A stretch of 49,130 bases of DNA from an uncultured Candidatus Saccharibacteria bacterium. Its GTDB lineage: Bacteria; Patescibacteriota; Doudnabacteria; UBA920. The notes beneath the pieces are model-generated. The model did no database searches and was not told where the DNA came from. It saw only the letters and a program-made list of their open reading frames with translations. Positions 48,949-49,130 of the stretch are shown piece after piece. A program made the translations under genes and the position numbers. Each line of letters opens with the position of its first letter. The first letter of the stretch is position 1. The stretch covers positions 1 through 49,130 of the forward strand of contig CAZQFQ010000002.1 of the NCBI GenBank assembly GCA_964592725.1, read 5' to 3'.

Positions 48949-49130
48949 TTAGCTTTTTCTTTTTAGCACCTTCCTCACCGCCGCGATAACCGCCGTTTTT
49001 CCCATCCCAAATTTTTCTATCAGCTGGTCCGGCTCGCCGGACTCGCCAAAAGTGTTGGGCATGCCGACCATTTCCACCGGCACCGGATAATTCATCGCCA
49101 GCGCCTCGCACACCGCCCTACCGCAGCCGG
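48949..49130 (-). CDS. transketolase-family C-terminal domain, 3' end (partial, runs off the window)
   Basis: A frame not listed in the track reads ...AMNYPVPVEMVGMPNTFGESGEPDQLIEKFGMGKTAVIAAVRKVLKRKS*. The FGESG...L...G pattern is typical of transketolase C-termini. Confidence 0.65.
   Translation of the reverse strand, partial: GCGRAVCEALAMNYPVPVEMVGMPNTFGESGEPDQLIEKFGMGKTAVIAAVRKVLKRKS

Noticed and set aside
48923-49111. Track ORF of 62 aa (MRGAGDELSGAGG...)
   Set aside because: Wrong frame. Another minus-strand frame reads through to the window edge and gives a clean transketolase-type C-terminus (...FGESGEPDQLIEKFGMGKTAVIAAV...*).

Overview
The window looks like a small-genome Patescibacteria/CPR-type chromosome segment. 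That placement is an inference from gene content. The standard genetic code applies, with TGA used as a stop.

**Positions 1-11.1 kb: phage-derived integrative island next to tRNA-Gln(UUG).** It carries an ArsR regulator, a ParB-domain/DNA-methyltransferase fusion and a second methyltransferase. It also has a small and a large terminase, a DUF4352 membrane protein and a PD-(D/E)XK-like gene. A 5'-truncated IS110 transposase and a large serine recombinase complete it. No virion structural genes are in view.

**Positions 11.2-49.1 kb: core genes, almost all on the minus strand.**
- Start of the dcw cluster: mraZ, rsmH, an ftsL-like gene and ftsI.
- A histidine kinase with two CheY-like receivers.
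- A cluster of secreted proteins, including a 1143-aa repeat protein whose 3' end abuts an IS200 tnpA remnant.
- dinB, and mreB followed by a methyltransferase and a zeta-toxin-like kinase.
- rnhA, recJ, gpmI and eno.
- A five-gene small-membrane-protein cluster of lycopene-cyclase-domain and DUF1113-like proteins.
- A mazEF cassette, then pgk, gap, a PfkB kinase, a four-helix-bundle (rRNA-IVS-type) gene and a transketolase 3' fragment.

**Most unusual signal: dense palindromic repeats.**
1. At least 10 short palindromes are inserted in-frame in six conserved genes (rsmH, dinB, a PEGA-domain gene, rnhA, recJ, eno). One family is translated in two different frames.
2. A ~100-nt palindromic element occurs four times, abutting start or stop codons.
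3. A ~165-nt hairpin family has two copies with compensatory changes.
4. Unique hairpins built from short repeated words make up whole 5' UTRs or operon spacers.
5. One hairpin carries the four-helix-bundle gene in its loop, the same layout as a 23S rRNA intervening sequence.

**Other observations.**
- The mazEF cassette is bracketed by a 36-bp duplication of the pgk 3' end that differs only at synonymous sites.
- A G9 tract splits one membrane-protein gene.
- The mraZ upstream region has a near-consensus promoter (TTGACT-17-TATAAT) followed by three GTGG(G/A) boxes at 10-bp spacing.

All calls come from reading the sequence and the ORF track. No database search was run.
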